Assembly (NCBI GenBank): GCA_963795085.1
Contig: CAWCFX010000001.1
Span: 1,152,001 to 1,216,000, forward strand
Direction of reading: 5' to 3'
Length of the DNA stretch: 64,000 nt
Source: an uncultured Gemmatimonadales bacterium
Lineage (GTDB): Bacteria; Gemmatimonadota; Gemmatimonadetes; Gemmatimonadales; GWC2-71-9
Shown one piece after another: positions 49,377-60,327 of the stretch. The position numbers were made by a program, and so were the translations under genes. Under the pieces are notes generated by a model. That model did no database searches. It had not been told where the DNA came from and worked only from the letters and a program-made list of their open reading frames with translations. Each line of letters opens with the position of its first letter. The first letter of the stretch is position 1.

Positions 49377-51458
49377 GTGCAACGGATTGAGAATGATTTC
49401 GCCGGCCGCAAGCTGATTATCGACACCGGGCGTCTTGCCCGGCAGGCTGCCGGCTCCGCGCTGGTCCAGTACGGGGACACCGTGGTCCTGGCCGCCGTCA
49501 CCCTGTCCCCCAAGATCTCCCACCTCCCGTTCTTCCCGCTGACCGTCGAATACCGGGAAAAGACCTACGCCGCGGGCAAGATCCCGGGCGGCTTCCTCAA
49601 GCGGGAAGGTCGGCCGTCGGACAAGGAGATCCTCGCCTGCCGGGTGATTGACCGATCGATCCGCCCGCTCTTTCCGGAGGGATTCAAGAACGAGGTCCAG
49701 GTCTTCGTGACGGTGCTGTCGGCCGACCAGGAGAACGACGCCGACATGCCGGCGGTACTGGCCGTCTCGCTGGCGCTGGGCCTCTCGCCCGCGCCATGGA
49801 GCGGCCCGATCGCCGGGGTCCGGGTGGGCCGGGTGGACGGCAACTGGATCCTCAATCCGACGTTTCAGCAGCTCGAAGTCTCCACCATTGACCTGACCGT
49901 CTGCGGCTCGGCCGACTCGGTGGTGATGGTGGAAGGCGGCGCGCTGGAACTGTCCGAGGCCGAGATCCTGGAGGCCCTGAAGGTGGGGCAAAAGGGCATC
50001 AAGGACCTGATCGCGCTGCAGAAGAAGGTGCTCACCAAGGCCGCGACCGCCAAGCTCGAGTGGAAGAAGCCCGAGCCCAAGGCCGACGTGGTTGCCGCCG
50101 TCCAGAAGCTGGCCGAGGACGCCATCGGCAAGGCGATCAACGCCAAGGACAAGGCCGGCCGCGCCGCGGCGGTCAAGGCCGTGCGGGACGACGTGGTCGC
50201 CCGCATGCTGGAGCAGTTCCCGGAAGACAGCCCCGCCGTCATGGGCGAACTGGAGGACATCGAGTACCGGCGGATGCGGGCCCAGGTGCTGGAGAAGGGC
50301 GAGCGGGTGGACGGCCGCGACCTGGACACCATCCGGCCCATCACCATCGAGGCCGGGCTGCTGCCGCGGACCCACGGCTCGGCGCTGTTCACCCGGGGCC
50401 AGACCCAGGCCATGGTCGCCGTCACGCTCGGCACCCAGGACGACGAGCAGCGGATCGACAGCATCGACGTGGCCGGCGAGACCACCAAGTCCTTCATGCT
50501 GCACTACAATTTCCCACCCTACTCCACCGGCGAGGTCAAGCCGATCCGGGGCACCAGCCGCCGCGAAATCGGCCACGGCGCCCTGGCGGAACGGGCGCTG
50601 CAGCCGCTGCTCCCCGACTATGAGACCTTCCCCTACACGCTGCGGATCGTCTCCGAGATCCTCGAGTCCAACGGGTCGTCTTCCATGGCCACGGTCTGCG
50701 GCGGCTCCCTGGCGCTGATGGATGCCGGTGTGCCGATCAAGGCGGCCTGCGCCGGCGTCGCGATGGGGCTGATCAAGGAAGGCAAGAAGGTCGCGATCCT
50801 GACTGATATCCTCGGTTCGGAAGACCACCTGGGCGACATGGACTTCAAGGTTGCCGGGACCCGGCAGGGCATTACCTCGATCCAGATGGATATCAAGATC
50901 GAAGGCCTCGACCTCAAGATCATGGAAGAGGCGCTGGAGAAGGCCCGCCTGGGCCGGCTCCACATCCTGGGAGAGATGGACAAGGTGCTGACGGCCGGCC
51001 GCACCGAGCTGTCACCCTACGCCCCCCGGATCATCACGTTCATGATCAAGCCGGACCGGATCGGCGACGTGATCGGCCCCAAGGGCAAGACCATCCGCGG
51101 CATCCAGGACCAGACCGGCGCCAAGATCGGGATCGAAGACTCCGGCCTGGTGACCATCTCCGCCGTCGGCGGCGAGGCCGGCCAGCGCGCCAAGGCGATG
51201 GTGGACGCCCTGGTCGCGGAGCCGGAAGTGGGCAAGACCTACGAGGGCCCGGTCAAGAGCACCACGCCGTTCGGCGCTTTTGTCGAGATCATGCCCGGCG
51301 TCGAAGGCCTGCTCCACATCAGCGAACTGCAGCACGCCCGGACCGAGAAGACCGAAGACGTGGTCAAGAAGGGCGACGTCGTCACGGTGAAGCTGCTGGA
51401 GGTCGATGAGCGCGGCCGGATGAAGCTGTCCCGCAAGGCGTTGATCCCCAAGGAGTGA
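49377..51458 (+). CDS. pnp: Polyribonucleotide nucleotidyltransferase
   Basis: [34 protein letters not shown] and S1 domains. Confidence 0.98.
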   Translation: MQRIENDFAGRKLIIDTGRLARQAAGSALVQYGDTVVLAAVTLSPKISHLPFFPLTVEYREKTYAAGKIPGGFLKREGRPSDKEILACRVIDRSIRPLFPEGFKNEVQVFVTVLSADQENDADMPAVLAVSLALGLSPAPWSGPIAGVRVGRVDGNWILNPTFQQLEVSTIDLTVCGSADSVVMVEGGALELSEAEILEALKVGQKGIKDLIALQKKVLTKAATAKLEWKKPEPKADVVAAVQKLAEDAIGKAINAKDKAGRAAAVKAVRDDVVARMLEQFPEDSPAVMGELEDIEYRRMRAQVLEKGERVDGRDLDTIRPITIEAGLLPRTHGSALFTRGQTQAMVAVTLGTQDDEQRIDSIDVAGETTKSFMLHYNFPPYSTGEVKPIRGTSRREIGHGALAERALQPLLPDYETFPYTLRIVSEILESNGSSSMATVCGGSLALMDAGVPIKAACAGVAMGLIKEGKKVAILTDILGSEDHLGDMDFKVAGTRQGITSIQMDIKIEGLDLKIMEEALEKARLGRLHILGEMDKVLTAGRTELSPYAPRIITFMIKPDRIGDVIGPKGKTIRGIQDQTGAKIGIEDSGLVTISAVGGEAGQRAKAMVDALVAEPEVGKTYEGPVKSTTPFGAFVEIMPGVEGLLHISELQHARTEKTEDVVKKGDVVTVKLLEVDERGRMKLSRKALIPKE

Positions 51459-51562
51459 GCAGTACGACGTGAGCGGTGAGCGGGACTGGACGCAGGAACA
51501 GCCGGAACTACGCCGCTGATCTTACGACTGGTCCCGCTGATAGCTCGCCCCTCACGGCTTAC
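51455..51562 (+). repeat. Degenerate 7-mer (GTGAGCG) repeat hairpin overlapping the pnp stop
   Basis: GTGAGCA-GTACGAC-GTGAGCG-GTGAGCG-GGAC ... GTCC-CGCTGAT-AGCTCGC-CCCTCAC-GGCTTAC. Confidence 0.7.
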
Positions 51563-51569
51563 GGATGCC

Positions 51570-52832
51570 ATGCAAACCACCCAGCTCGACTCCGGTCTCT
51601 TCCAGACGGTCGCGCCCAACGGCCTGACCGTCCTGACCGAGTTTCTCCCCGGGATCCGCTCGGCCGCTCTCGGCGTGTGGATCCGCGCCGCCAGCGCGCA
51701 CGAGCCCCGGGGGCTGATGGGGGTGTCCCACCTGCTGGAGCACATGGTCTTCAAGGGTACCGAGCGGCGCACCGCGCGCCAGCTGGCCATGGAGCTGGAG
51801 GTCCGGGGCGGGAGCCTGGATGCCTATACCGGCCGCGACCATACCAACTACCAGGCCCACGTGCTGGACGAGGACCTGCCCCGGGCGGTGGACGTGCTGA
51901 CCGACCTGGTCCGACGGCCCCTGCTGCGCCAGGCCGACCTGGACCTGGAACGCAACGTGGTGCTGGAAGAGATCAACATGGTGGAGGATACGCCGGACGA
52001 TCTCGTGTTCGACCTCCTCGCGGCGCGGCTCTGGCCCGCCCACGGCTACGGCCATTCCATCCTCGGCACCCGCGATACCGTCGCCGCCTTGAGCGCGGAC
52101 CAGCTCAAGGCCACCCACCGGGCCGGGTATTATCCCGGCAACTGCGTGGTGGCGGCGGCCGGGAACGTGGACCACCAGGCCCTGCTGGATATGCTGGCCC
52201 GGGAAGGCTGGTTCGAGGCCGCCGACCGGCAGCTTCCCCGCATGGCGGTCATCGCCGAGCCGGCGGTGCGAGGCGCCCGCCTCCGGGAAGAGCGGGACGC
52301 CACCCAGGTGCAGATCGTGTTCGCGACCGACACCATTCCCTACCGCGACCCCCGGCGCTTTGCATTGGCGATCCTGACCAATACATTCGGCGGCGGCATG
52401 TCGAGCCGGCTCTTCCAGCGGATTCGGGAGGAACTCGGGCTGGCCTACGCGGTCTATGCCTACCAGACCCTCTACCAGTCCACCGGCGTGGCCGGGGTCT
52501 ATATCGGCACCCAGCCCGCGACGGCCGAGCAGGCGACCGAGGCCATCCTGGCGGAATACCGGAAGCTGGCCGAGCAGTCGCTCACCGCCCAGGAGCTGGC
52601 GGAAGGCAAACAGCAGTTCAAGGGACAGGTCATGCTCTCCCTGGAGAACCCCCTCAGCCGGATGAACCGGCTTGCCGCGGTGGCGCTCCACGACGATCAC
52701 TACCGCCCCCTCAACCAGCTGCTGGCCGACATCGATGCCGTGACGGGCGACGAGGTTGCCGCCCTGGCCCGGGAGTATTTCGACCCGGCCCGGCAAACGG
52801 TGCTGCGGCTGGGCCCCATTGAAAAAGCGTGA
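51570..52832 (+). CDS. M16 family (pitrilysin-like) zinc peptidase
   Basis: HLLEHMVFKGT inverted zinc motif, GGGMSSRLFQ; common pnp neighbour. Confidence 0.94.
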   Translation: MQTTQLDSGLFQTVAPNGLTVLTEFLPGIRSAALGVWIRAASAHEPRGLMGVSHLLEHMVFKGTERRTARQLAMELEVRGGSLDAYTGRDHTNYQAHVLDEDLPRAVDVLTDLVRRPLLRQADLDLERNVVLEEINMVEDTPDDLVFDLLAARLWPAHGYGHSILGTRDTVAALSADQLKATHRAGYYPGNCVVAAAGNVDHQALLDMLAREGWFEAADRQLPRMAVIAEPAVRGARLREERDATQVQIVFATDTIPYRDPRRFALAILTNTFGGGMSSRLFQRIREELGLAYAVYAYQTLYQSTGVAGVYIGTQPATAEQATEAILAEYRKLAEQSLTAQELAEGKQQFKGQVMLSLENPLSRMNRLAAVALHDDHYRPLNQLLADIDAVTGDEVAALAREYFDPARQTVLRLGPIEKA

Positions 52833-52857
52833 GCGGTGAGAACCTCTCACCGCCCAC
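52829..52857 (+). repeat. Minimal GTGAGCG-repeat hairpin overlapping the M16 stop
   Basis: GTGAGCGGTGAGA-acc-TCTCACCGCCCAC, 12/13 bp. Confidence 0.75.
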
Positions 52858-52889
52858 CGTCCCCTGAAACCCCAACGATGAGCGGATCC

Positions 52890-54002
52890 ATGGTTATCGG
52901 CGTTCCCAAGGAAATCAAGACCAACGAGAACCGCATTGCCCTGGTGCCGGCGGGGTGCGAGGCCCTGGTCAGCGCGGGCCACACCGTGTACGTCGAGAAG
53001 GACGGCGGCGTGGGCAGCGGTTTCCCGGACGAGGCCTACACCGAGGTTGGCGGGAAGATCCTGGCCACGGCGGACGAGGTCTGGGCCAAGGCCGACATGA
53101 TCATGAAGGTCAAGGAACCGATCGCCCCGGAATGGCCCCGGATGCGGTCCGGTCAGGTGATTTACACCTATTTCCACTTCGCGGCGGATGAAGCGCTGAC
53201 CGCGGCGGTCATCAAATCGGGCGCGATCGCCATCGCCTACGAGACGGTGCAGCTGGCCAGCGGGGAACTGCCGCTGCTGACCCCGATGTCCGAGGTGGCC
53301 GGCCGGATGGCGGTGCAGGAGGGAGCCAAGTACCTGGAGAAGGTCTTCGGCGGCAGCGGCATCCTGCTCGGCGGGGTTCCCGGGGTGGCTCCCGGCGAGG
53401 TGGTGATCATCGGCGGCGGGGTGGTCGGCATCAACGCCGCCAAGATGGCGGCCGGCCTGGGCGCCCACGTGACCATCCTCGACATCTCGCTGGACCGGCT
53501 CCGCTACCTGGACGACGTGCTGCCCGCGAACGTGGACACGGCCTATTCCAACCGCCACAATATCCTGGATGCCATCAAGCGGGCCGACCTGGTGGTCGGT
53601 GCCGTGCTCCTGCCCGGGGCCAAGGCGCCCCATCTGGTGAAGCGTGCCGACCTCAAGCTGATGAAGCCTGGCTCGGTCATCGTGGACGTTGCCGTGGACC
53701 AGGGCGGATGCGTCGAGACCATCAAGCCGACCACCCACGAGAATCCTACCTATTTCGTGGACGGGATCCTCCACTACGCGGTCGCCAACATGCCGGGCGG
53801 GGTGCCGCGGACCAGCACCCTTGCCCTCACCAACGCCACGCTGCCCTACGGGATCAAGCTGGCCCGGGACGGCTGGAAGAAGGCATGCCTGGCCACCCCG
53901 GCCCTCAAGCTCGGACTCAACGTGGTCGAGGGTAAGGTGGTGTATCCCGGTGTGGCCGAGGCGTTCGGACACCAGCTGGTGGACGTCGAGACGGTCCTCT
54001 AG
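52890..54002 (+). CDS. ald: Alanine dehydrogenase
   Basis: [43 protein letters not shown]. Confidence 0.97.
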   Translation: MVIGVPKEIKTNENRIALVPAGCEALVSAGHTVYVEKDGGVGSGFPDEAYTEVGGKILATADEVWAKADMIMKVKEPIAPEWPRMRSGQVIYTYFHFAADEALTAAVIKSGAIAIAYETVQLASGELPLLTPMSEVAGRMAVQEGAKYLEKVFGGSGILLGGVPGVAPGEVVIIGGGVVGINAAKMAAGLGAHVTILDISLDRLRYLDDVLPANVDTAYSNRHNILDAIKRADLVVGAVLLPGAKAPHLVKRADLKLMKPGSVIVDVAVDQGGCVETIKPTTHENPTYFVDGILHYAVANMPGGVPRTSTLALTNATLPYGIKLARDGWKKACLATPALKLGLNVVEGKVVYPGVAEAFGHQLVDVETVL

Positions 54003-54020
54003 GCGGGACGGAGGAGTCAC

Positions 54021-54064
54021 AGGGAGTCACCCCGGCTACGCCCGGGATGACTCCCTTCGTTTTA
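54021..54064 (+). terminator. Intrinsic terminator after ald
   Basis: AGGGAGTCA...TGACTCCCT stem followed by TCGTTTT. Confidence 0.65.
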
Positions 54065-54086
54065 CCACACTTTCGTGCAGGAACCC

Positions 54087-54530
54087 ATGCCTGACATTTC
54101 GATCCAGATCACCCGGCTTCCGCACGGCGAGGGCCTCCCCCTGCCGGAGCAGGCCACGCCCGGTTCCGCCGGGTACGACCTGTCGAGCGCCGAGGATGTC
54201 GAGCTGGCGCCCATGGAACGGAAACTGGTCGCCACCGGGCTCCGGATCGCGATTCCGGCGGGGTACGAGTGCCAGATCCGGCCCCGCTCGGGCCTCGCCA
54301 TCCGTCACGGGATCTCGCTTCCCAACACGCCGGCCACGATCGACAGCGACTACCGGGGCGAGGTCAAGGTTCCGCTGATCAACCTGGGACTTGAAACGTT
54401 CGCGGTGACGCGTGGCATGCGGATCGCACAGATGATCTTCGCCGAGGTGGCGCAGGCCCAGTTTGTCCTGGTCGCGGAACTGCCGGAAAGCGGCCGGGGA
54501 GAAGGTGGGTTCGGGAGTACCGGGCGGTAG
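54087..54530 (+). CDS. dut: dUTP diphosphatase
   Basis: [35 protein letters not shown]. Confidence 0.97.
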   Translation: MPDISIQITRLPHGEGLPLPEQATPGSAGYDLSSAEDVELAPMERKLVATGLRIAIPAGYECQIRPRSGLAIRHGISLPNTPATIDSDYRGEVKVPLINLGLETFAVTRGMRIAQMIFAEVAQAQFVLVAELPESGRGEGGFGSTGR

Positions 54531-54685
54531 CGATACGGGCGGCGTTGAGAGCCGGGGGTTCCAACCGGTCAAAAAGCGCCGCAAACCGTCCTAATGAGTG
54601 CTTGCTCACGTTGGTCGGATACACTTCTGGAGTGTGCGTCATGTCGGTCTGTCCGGCCCTCCGCCTGTCCCCCTATTCCCAGCTA

Positions 54686-54714
54686 TTGTACAGGGTTAGC
54701 GCAATCGTTACCTT
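54686..54714 (+). promoter_or_regulatory. Putative sigma70 promoter of the mre operon
   Basis: TTGTAC-17 nt-TACCTT. Confidence 0.5.
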
Positions 54715-54744
54715 AGATTCCGTCATGCACTCACATACCCTCCC

Positions 54745-55782
54745 ATGAAGTTTTCCGGCCTGAAACTGGGGTCGTTTCTTCCCGCCAATGAGATCGCGGT
54801 CGATTTGGGCACGGCCAACACTCTGATCTACGTCAAGGGCGAAGGAATCGTCCTGAACGAGCCGTCAGTGGTCGCCATCGAGAAGGCCACCGGCCGCCCC
54901 AAGGGATACGGGCTCGATGCCAAGCGGATGCTGGGGCGGACGCCGGACGGGATCCTGGCGGTGCGGCCTCTCAAGGACGGGGTCATCGCCGATTTCGATG
55001 TGACCGAGAAAATGCTGCGCCATTTTCTCAAGTCCATCATCGACAAGCACGTCTTCAAGGTGAAACCGCGGGTGATCGTCTGCGTGCCGTCCGGCATCAC
55101 CGAGGTGGAGCGCCGCGCGGTGCGCGACTCGGCCGAGACCGCCGGCGCCAAGCAGGTGCTGATGGTGGCGGAGCCGATGGCGGCGGCGATCGGCGTGGGG
55201 CTCCCCGTGGAAACGCCGACCGGCAACATGGTGATTGACATCGGCGGCGGCACCACCGAGATCGCCGTGATCGCGCTCTCCGGCATCGTGTCCGACACGT
55301 CCATCCGGACCGGCGGCGACGAGCTGGACCAGGCGATCGTGCAATTCATGCGGAAGAATTACAACCTCCTGGTCGGCGAGCCGACGGCCGAAGCGATCAA
55401 GATCAAGATCGGGTCGGCGGCGCCGGTCGGCGAAGAGCGTGAGATGGAAGTCAAAGGGCGTGACCTGGTGTCCGGCATCCCCAAGACGGTACGGGTGCAT
55501 TCCAGTGAAATCCGGGAGGCGCTGCAGGAGCCGATCCAGCAGATCGTGGACGCCGTACGGCGGGCCCTGGAGATCACTCCGCCCGAACTGGCCAGCGACA
55601 TCGTGGACCGGGGCATCATCATGACCGGCGGAGGCGCGCTCATTCGCGGGCTGGACCTGCTGCTCTCCCAGGAGACCGGGCTGCCCATTCATGTGGACGA
55701 AGACCCGCTTACCTGCGTGGTGCGGGGAGCCGGCCGGATCCTGGACGACTTCGAGAAGTATCGCAGCGTTCTCGTGACCTGA
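54745..55782 (+). CDS. mreB: Rod shape-determining protein MreB
   Basis: [29 protein letters not shown]. Confidence 0.98.
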   Translation: MKFSGLKLGSFLPANEIAVDLGTANTLIYVKGEGIVLNEPSVVAIEKATGRPKGYGLDAKRMLGRTPDGILAVRPLKDGVIADFDVTEKMLRHFLKSIIDKHVFKVKPRVIVCVPSGITEVERRAVRDSAETAGAKQVLMVAEPMAAAIGVGLPVETPTGNMVIDIGGGTTEIAVIALSGIVSDTSIRTGGDELDQAIVQFMRKNYNLLVGEPTAEAIKIKIGSAAPVGEEREMEVKGRDLVSGIPKTVRVHSSEIREALQEPIQQIVDAVRRALEITPPELASDIVDRGIIMTGGGALIRGLDLLLSQETGLPIHVDEDPLTCVVRGAGRILDDFEKYRSVLVT

Positions 55783-55784
55783 GT

Positions 55785-56639
55785 ATGGCCTTCGCGTCGG
55801 ACCGATCCACCCATCGGGATACCATCAGTTTCGGCGTCTGCGTCGTGCTTTCCAGCGCGGCGCTTTTTTTCCCTTCCGCTGGCAGCAGCGTCACGTCGGT
55901 CATCCGCCGCACCGTCCTGGTACCGGCCATCTGGCTGCAGGAGGCCGCGGAGCAGGGCCGAACCAGCCGGTCCCGTTTCCTCGCGGTCATGGCGGAGCGG
56001 GACTCGGCGGCGCTGGCGGCGCGGTCGCTCACCACGGCGACCGCCGAGAACATCCAGCTGCGGAACTTGCTGGGGCTGGCCCACCGGCTGCCGGTTTCCT
56101 ATATCCCGGCGGAGGTGCTTCACCAGGCGCTGCCCACCGATGGGCGCACGATCTTACTGAGCGCCGGGGCGGAGGACGGGGTCCTGCCCTTTTCGCCGGT
56201 TCTCTCGTCCTCCGGGCTGGTGGGTGTGGTGCGAATCGTCGAGCCGCGCTGGAGCATCGCGATGACCTGGGCCCACCCGGAGTTCCGGGCCGGCGCCTTC
56301 ACCGAAGACGGTTCGGTCTTCGGGATCGTGGCCCCGGCGACGACCTCGGCGGTCTCCGAGGCGCTGCTGGAACTGCGCGGCGTGCCCTACCGGGACTCCG
56401 TGGTCCCCGGGACGCCGGTGGTCGCGTCCGGACTGGGCGGAGTCTTCCCCCGCGGGGTTCCCATCGGCACGGTCATGGGTGTGCTGCGCCAGGAAGCCGG
56501 GTGGGAGCGCACCTACCTGCTGCAGCCGGCCGCCCACCCCATGACTATCTCCCATGTCATCATTCTGACGCCGGGGGCCGACTCCACGGTTGGCCGGGCG
56601 TTTCGGGCCGATTCGGCCCGGCCGGGCTCCGCGCCATGA
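55785..56639 (+). CDS. mreC: Rod shape-determining protein MreC
   Basis: ENIQLRNLL, GLVG, SGLGGVFPRGVPIG; synteny. Confidence 0.93.
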   Translation: MAFASDRSTHRDTISFGVCVVLSSAALFFPSAGSSVTSVIRRTVLVPAIWLQEAAEQGRTSRSRFLAVMAERDSAALAARSLTTATAENIQLRNLLGLAHRLPVSYIPAEVLHQALPTDGRTILLSAGAEDGVLPFSPVLSSSGLVGVVRIVEPRWSIAMTWAHPEFRAGAFTEDGSVFGIVAPATTSAVSEALLELRGVPYRDSVVPGTPVVASGLGGVFPRGVPIGTVMGVLRQEAGWERTYLLQPAAHPMTISHVIILTPGADSTVGRAFRADSARPGSAP

Positions 56640-57133
56640 GCGCCGCCAGCCTCGCCCGGACCCGTCTCCTGCTGGTGCTGGTGCTTCTCCTCGGGCTCCA
56701 CTTCTACGTGCGTCCGCGGCTCTTCGATCCCCGGTTCGCGCCCGATTTTCTGCTGGTCGCGCTCCTGGTCTATGCGATACGAAGCCGGCCCGGCGACGCG
56801 GCGATTGCCGGATTCGTGGTGGGCTTGATCGCGGATTCGCTGGTGCCGGCCCGCTTCGGCGCCGGTGCGCTGGCCCACACGGTTGTGGGATACCTCACGG
56901 CGTGGGGCCGCGCGGTCTTCTTCGCCGACAACCTGATCGTCAACGCCGCGGTCTTCGCCGCCGGCCTCTGGCTCCGCGACCTGATCGTGCTGCTGGCCAG
57001 CGGGACCGGCGCCGACAGCGTCATGGCGACCCTGGGTGTCTGGGCACCGCTGCATGCGCTGACCACGGCGATCGCGGGTATCCTGGTGCTGATCGTGTTC
57101 CGTGACTGGCTGGATATCAGGCTGGAAGAATGA
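56636..57133 (+). CDS. mreD: Rod shape-determining protein MreD
   Basis: Hydrophobic, PDFLL, GFVVGLIAD; ATGA overlap with mreC. Confidence 0.9.
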   Translation: MSAASLARTRLLLVLVLLLGLHFYVRPRLFDPRFAPDFLLVALLVYAIRSRPGDAAIAGFVVGLIADSLVPARFGAGALAHTVVGYLTAWGRAVFFADNLIVNAAVFAAGLWLRDLIVLLASGTGADSVMATLGVWAPLHALTTAIAGILVLIVFRDWLDIRLEE

Positions 57134-58995
57134 ACGAGTTCCACTCCGCCCGCCTGTCCCGCCGGGCCGACGCGGCCCGCTGGCTGCTGCTGGCACTCTT
57201 CGCCATCCTGGCCATCGCGTTTTTCCGGGTCCAGATCGTGGAGCACGAGCGCTTCCAGCTGCGGGCCCAGGGCAACCGGCTGCGCGCGGTTCCCCTGGCC
57301 TCGCCCCGGGGCGCCATTCTCGACCGCAACGGCCGCGTCATCGCCGAGAACGTTCCCGGCTATTCGGTCAAGCTGTTCGCGGTGTCCCAGGATTCTCTCC
57401 GGTCCCTGCTCGAAGTGTTTCAGCGGATCGTGCCCTTCGACAGCAGCCGGGTGGATGAGGTACTGCGCCGCTTTGCGGCGGCGCCGTTTCAGCCAGTGGT
57501 GGTGCTGGGTGACGCCCCCTTCGAGATCGTGGCCCGGCTGGAGGAGCGGCGCGCCCTGCTGCCCGGGCTGGTCATCCAGGCGGAGCCCAAGCGGCAGTAT
57601 CCGGACAGCCACGCGGTGGCTCACCTGGTCGGCTACGTCGGGGAGGTCACCGAGGGCGACCTGTCCACCAACCGCTTCGCCGGAGCCGGCCTGGGCACCA
57701 TCGTCGGCAAGGCGGGGCTGGAACAGCAGTACGATTCCATCCTCCGGGGCACGCCCGGCAACCGCTTCATCGAGGTGGATAACCGCGGCCGCATGGTGCG
57801 GGAGGAGGGCGCGGCACCCACCCTGGCTCCGCTGCCCGGTACCGCGATCCGGACCACGATCGACCTGCCGTTGCAGCGGTTCGTGGACAGCATCTGGCCC
57901 GCCGGGGTGCGCGGCGGCGTGGTGGCCATGACCCCGCGGGGCGAGATCCTGGCGCTCTACAGCGCCCCCACCTTCGACCCCAACGATTTCATCGGCGGCA
58001 TTTCGTCCAGCCGCTGGCGTGAACTCAATACCGATCCGGCCAAGCCGCTGCTCAACCGGGCCATCCAGACCCGCTACCCCCCGGCCTCTCCGTTCAAGCT
58101 GGCCATGTCAGTGATGGGCCTCAAGCGGGGCGTGGTGGAAATCAACAGCCACATGCCGATTCCCTGCCGCGGCGGCTTGCAGTTCGGCAACCGCTACTTC
58201 CGATGCTGGAAGAAAGAAGGCCACGGGTCGCTCGACCTGCTGGGTGCCATCGCGCAAAGCTGCGACGTCTATTTCTACCAGCTCGGTCTGCGGCTCCAGC
58301 TGCCGACCATCCTGGAGGAAGGGGTGCGGCTGGGGTTCCGGGAGAAGACCGGGGTGGACCTCTCACCCGAGATCAGCCCCATTTACCCGGCGAGCCGGGC
58401 CTATTTCGACGATCGCTATGGCCCCCGCGGGTGGACGGCCGGCTCGACGACGCTGAACTTTGCCATTGGCCAGGGCGAAAACACCCAGTCGGTGATCGGG
58501 ATGACCCGGTTCTACCAGGGCCTGGCCAACGGGGGTGTGGAGGTGACCCCCTATATCGTGCGGCCGACCAACACGGATACCCGGGATTACGGCCTGAGCG
58601 AGGAACAGGCCCTCGATATCCGGCGATCGCTGATCGCGGTGGTGCAGGGAGGCACCGCGTCGCGGAGCCGACAGGCCGAGTTCATCCTGGCGGGCAAGAC
58701 CGGCACTGCGCAGAACTCGCACGGCCTGGACCACGGCTGGTTCCTCGGATTCGCCCCGGCGGACAAGCCCGAGATCGTGATCGGGATGATCATGGAGTTT
58801 TCCGAGCATGGATCATCGGTGGCCCCCTATGTGAGCCGGATGGCCCACTATTTCCTGGTGGGACCCGACACGGCGCAGAAGGTGACCATTCCCCTGGTCA
58901 CACCGCAGGACTCGGCGCCCCGACCGCTGGAACTGGCGCCGGATTCCGTGGCACCCGCCGTGATGCCGGCCCCCCAGCCGGGGCGGCGGCGGTGA
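57130..58995 (+). CDS. mrdA: Penicillin-binding protein 2
   Basis: RGAILDRNG, YPPASPFK (SxxK), SCD, KTGTAQ. Confidence 0.96.
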   Translation: MNEFHSARLSRRADAARWLLLALFAILAIAFFRVQIVEHERFQLRAQGNRLRAVPLASPRGAILDRNGRVIAENVPGYSVKLFAVSQDSLRSLLEVFQRIVPFDSSRVDEVLRRFAAAPFQPVVVLGDAPFEIVARLEERRALLPGLVIQAEPKRQYPDSHAVAHLVGYVGEVTEGDLSTNRFAGAGLGTIVGKAGLEQQYDSILRGTPGNRFIEVDNRGRMVREEGAAPTLAPLPGTAIRTTIDLPLQRFVDSIWPAGVRGGVVAMTPRGEILALYSAPTFDPNDFIGGISSSRWRELNTDPAKPLLNRAIQTRYPPASPFKLAMSVMGLKRGVVEINSHMPIPCRGGLQFGNRYFRCWKKEGHGSLDLLGAIAQSCDVYFYQLGLRLQLPTILEEGVRLGFREKTGVDLSPEISPIYPASRAYFDDRYGPRGWTAGSTTLNFAIGQGENTQSVIGMTRFYQGLANGGVEVTPYIVRPTNTDTRDYGLSEEQALDIRRSLIAVVQGGTASRSRQAEFILAGKTGTAQNSHGLDHGWFLGFAPADKPEIVIGMIMEFSEHGSSVAPYVSRMAHYFLVGPDTAQKVTIPLVTPQDSAPRPLELAPDSVAPAVMPAPQPGRRR

Positions 58996-60233
58996 GGCAG
59001 ACCGGGCTCGATCGCTCGACCATCACGGTCGTCGTCCTTCTTATTGTCGTGGGTGTATTCAATCTCTACTCCGCGGGCCAGACCGACGTACCCACCCAGG
59101 CGGCGGGGGTCTGGAAGCGGCAACTGGTCTGGCTGAGCATCGGGCTGGTCGCGTGCTGGATCATGTTCCGCACCAGCCCCCGCCTGCTCGAGTGGGCGGC
59201 CCCGTTCGTCTACGGGATCGCCCTGGCTCTGCTCGCCGTTACCCTGGCGGTCGGGACGGGGCAGGGCACCGCCGCGAGCACCCGCAGCTGGCTGTCCATC
59301 GGCGGGTACCAGGTCGGCCAGCCGGCGGAACTGGCCAAGATCGCCGTCGTGCTGATGATGGCGCGGTACCTGTCGAACCGTCGGGAGGCGCCGGCCAGTC
59401 TCCGGGAACTCATCGTTCCCTGCCTGCTGGCCGGGGTGCCCTTCCTGCTGGTGCTGAAGCAGCCGGACCTGGGCAGCGCGCTGGTGTTCATCGGGATTCT
59501 GTTCGCCATGCTCTACTGGTCCGGCGCCCGCCCCCACCTGCTGGTCCTGCTGGCGTCCCCCGTGGTGAGCCTGCTGGCGGCGTTTTCCATCCTCAGCTGG
59601 ACCGCCTGGATGGTGCTGCTCACCGTGCTGCTGGTGATCTGGCGCCCGTTCATCTTCGAGGCCGTGGGAGTCTGGGTGGTGAATGCGGCCATGGGTTTCA
59701 TCGCGATGCCGCTGTGGAACCGCCTGGCCCCGTATCAGCAGAACCGGCTGCTCACCTTCCTCAATCCGGAGATCGACCCCCAGGCCGCCGGGTATCACGC
59801 TATCCAGTCCAAGGTGGCCATCGGCTCGGGCGGCCTCCTCGGGAACGGGTGGCTGGAAGGACCCCAGAAGAGACTGGCCTTCCTGCCGGCTCCCCACACC
59901 GATTTTGCTTTTACGGTCTTCGGCGAGGAAATGGGGTTTGTCGGGGTGCTGCTGGTCCTCATCCTTTTCCTTGTCCTGTTCATCAGCCTGGTGCGGATCG
60001 CCCGCCGCGCGTCGGATCCCTTCGCCAGCCTGCTGGTCTTCGGCGTCCTGGGCCTGCTTCTCACCCACGTCTGGGAAAACATCGGCATGACCGTGAACAT
60101 CATGCCGATCACCGGGATTCCGCTGCCCTTTTTCTCGTACGGGGGGTCCTTTCTGCTCGCCTGTTCCCTTGCCCTGGGGATGGTTCTCCGGGTTGCCTGG
60201 GATGCCCGCATGTCCGGCTATGCCGATATATAG
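58992..60233 (+). CDS. rodA: Rod shape-determining protein RodA
   Basis: QPAELAK, QPDLG, AIGSGG, HTDF, GIPLPFFSYGGS. Confidence 0.96.
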   Translation: MRQTGLDRSTITVVVLLIVVGVFNLYSAGQTDVPTQAAGVWKRQLVWLSIGLVACWIMFRTSPRLLEWAAPFVYGIALALLAVTLAVGTGQGTAASTRSWLSIGGYQVGQPAELAKIAVVLMMARYLSNRREAPASLRELIVPCLLAGVPFLLVLKQPDLGSALVFIGILFAMLYWSGARPHLLVLLASPVVSLLAAFSILSWTAWMVLLTVLLVIWRPFIFEAVGVWVVNAAMGFIAMPLWNRLAPYQQNRLLTFLNPEIDPQAAGYHAIQSKVAIGSGGLLGNGWLEGPQKRLAFLPAPHTDFAFTVFGEEMGFVGVLLVLILFLVLFISLVRIARRASDPFASLLVFGVLGLLLTHVWENIGMTVNIMPITGIPLPFFSYGGSFLLACSLALGMVLRVAWDARMSGYADI

Positions 60234-60327
60234 CAATGAGTTAGCTGCCAGGCACTAGCGTTGCGTGGCCGCTTTCATAAGATTGCAGGGCCCCTCAACC
60301 TCCCCAACCAACGGGCCTATGGCCGTT

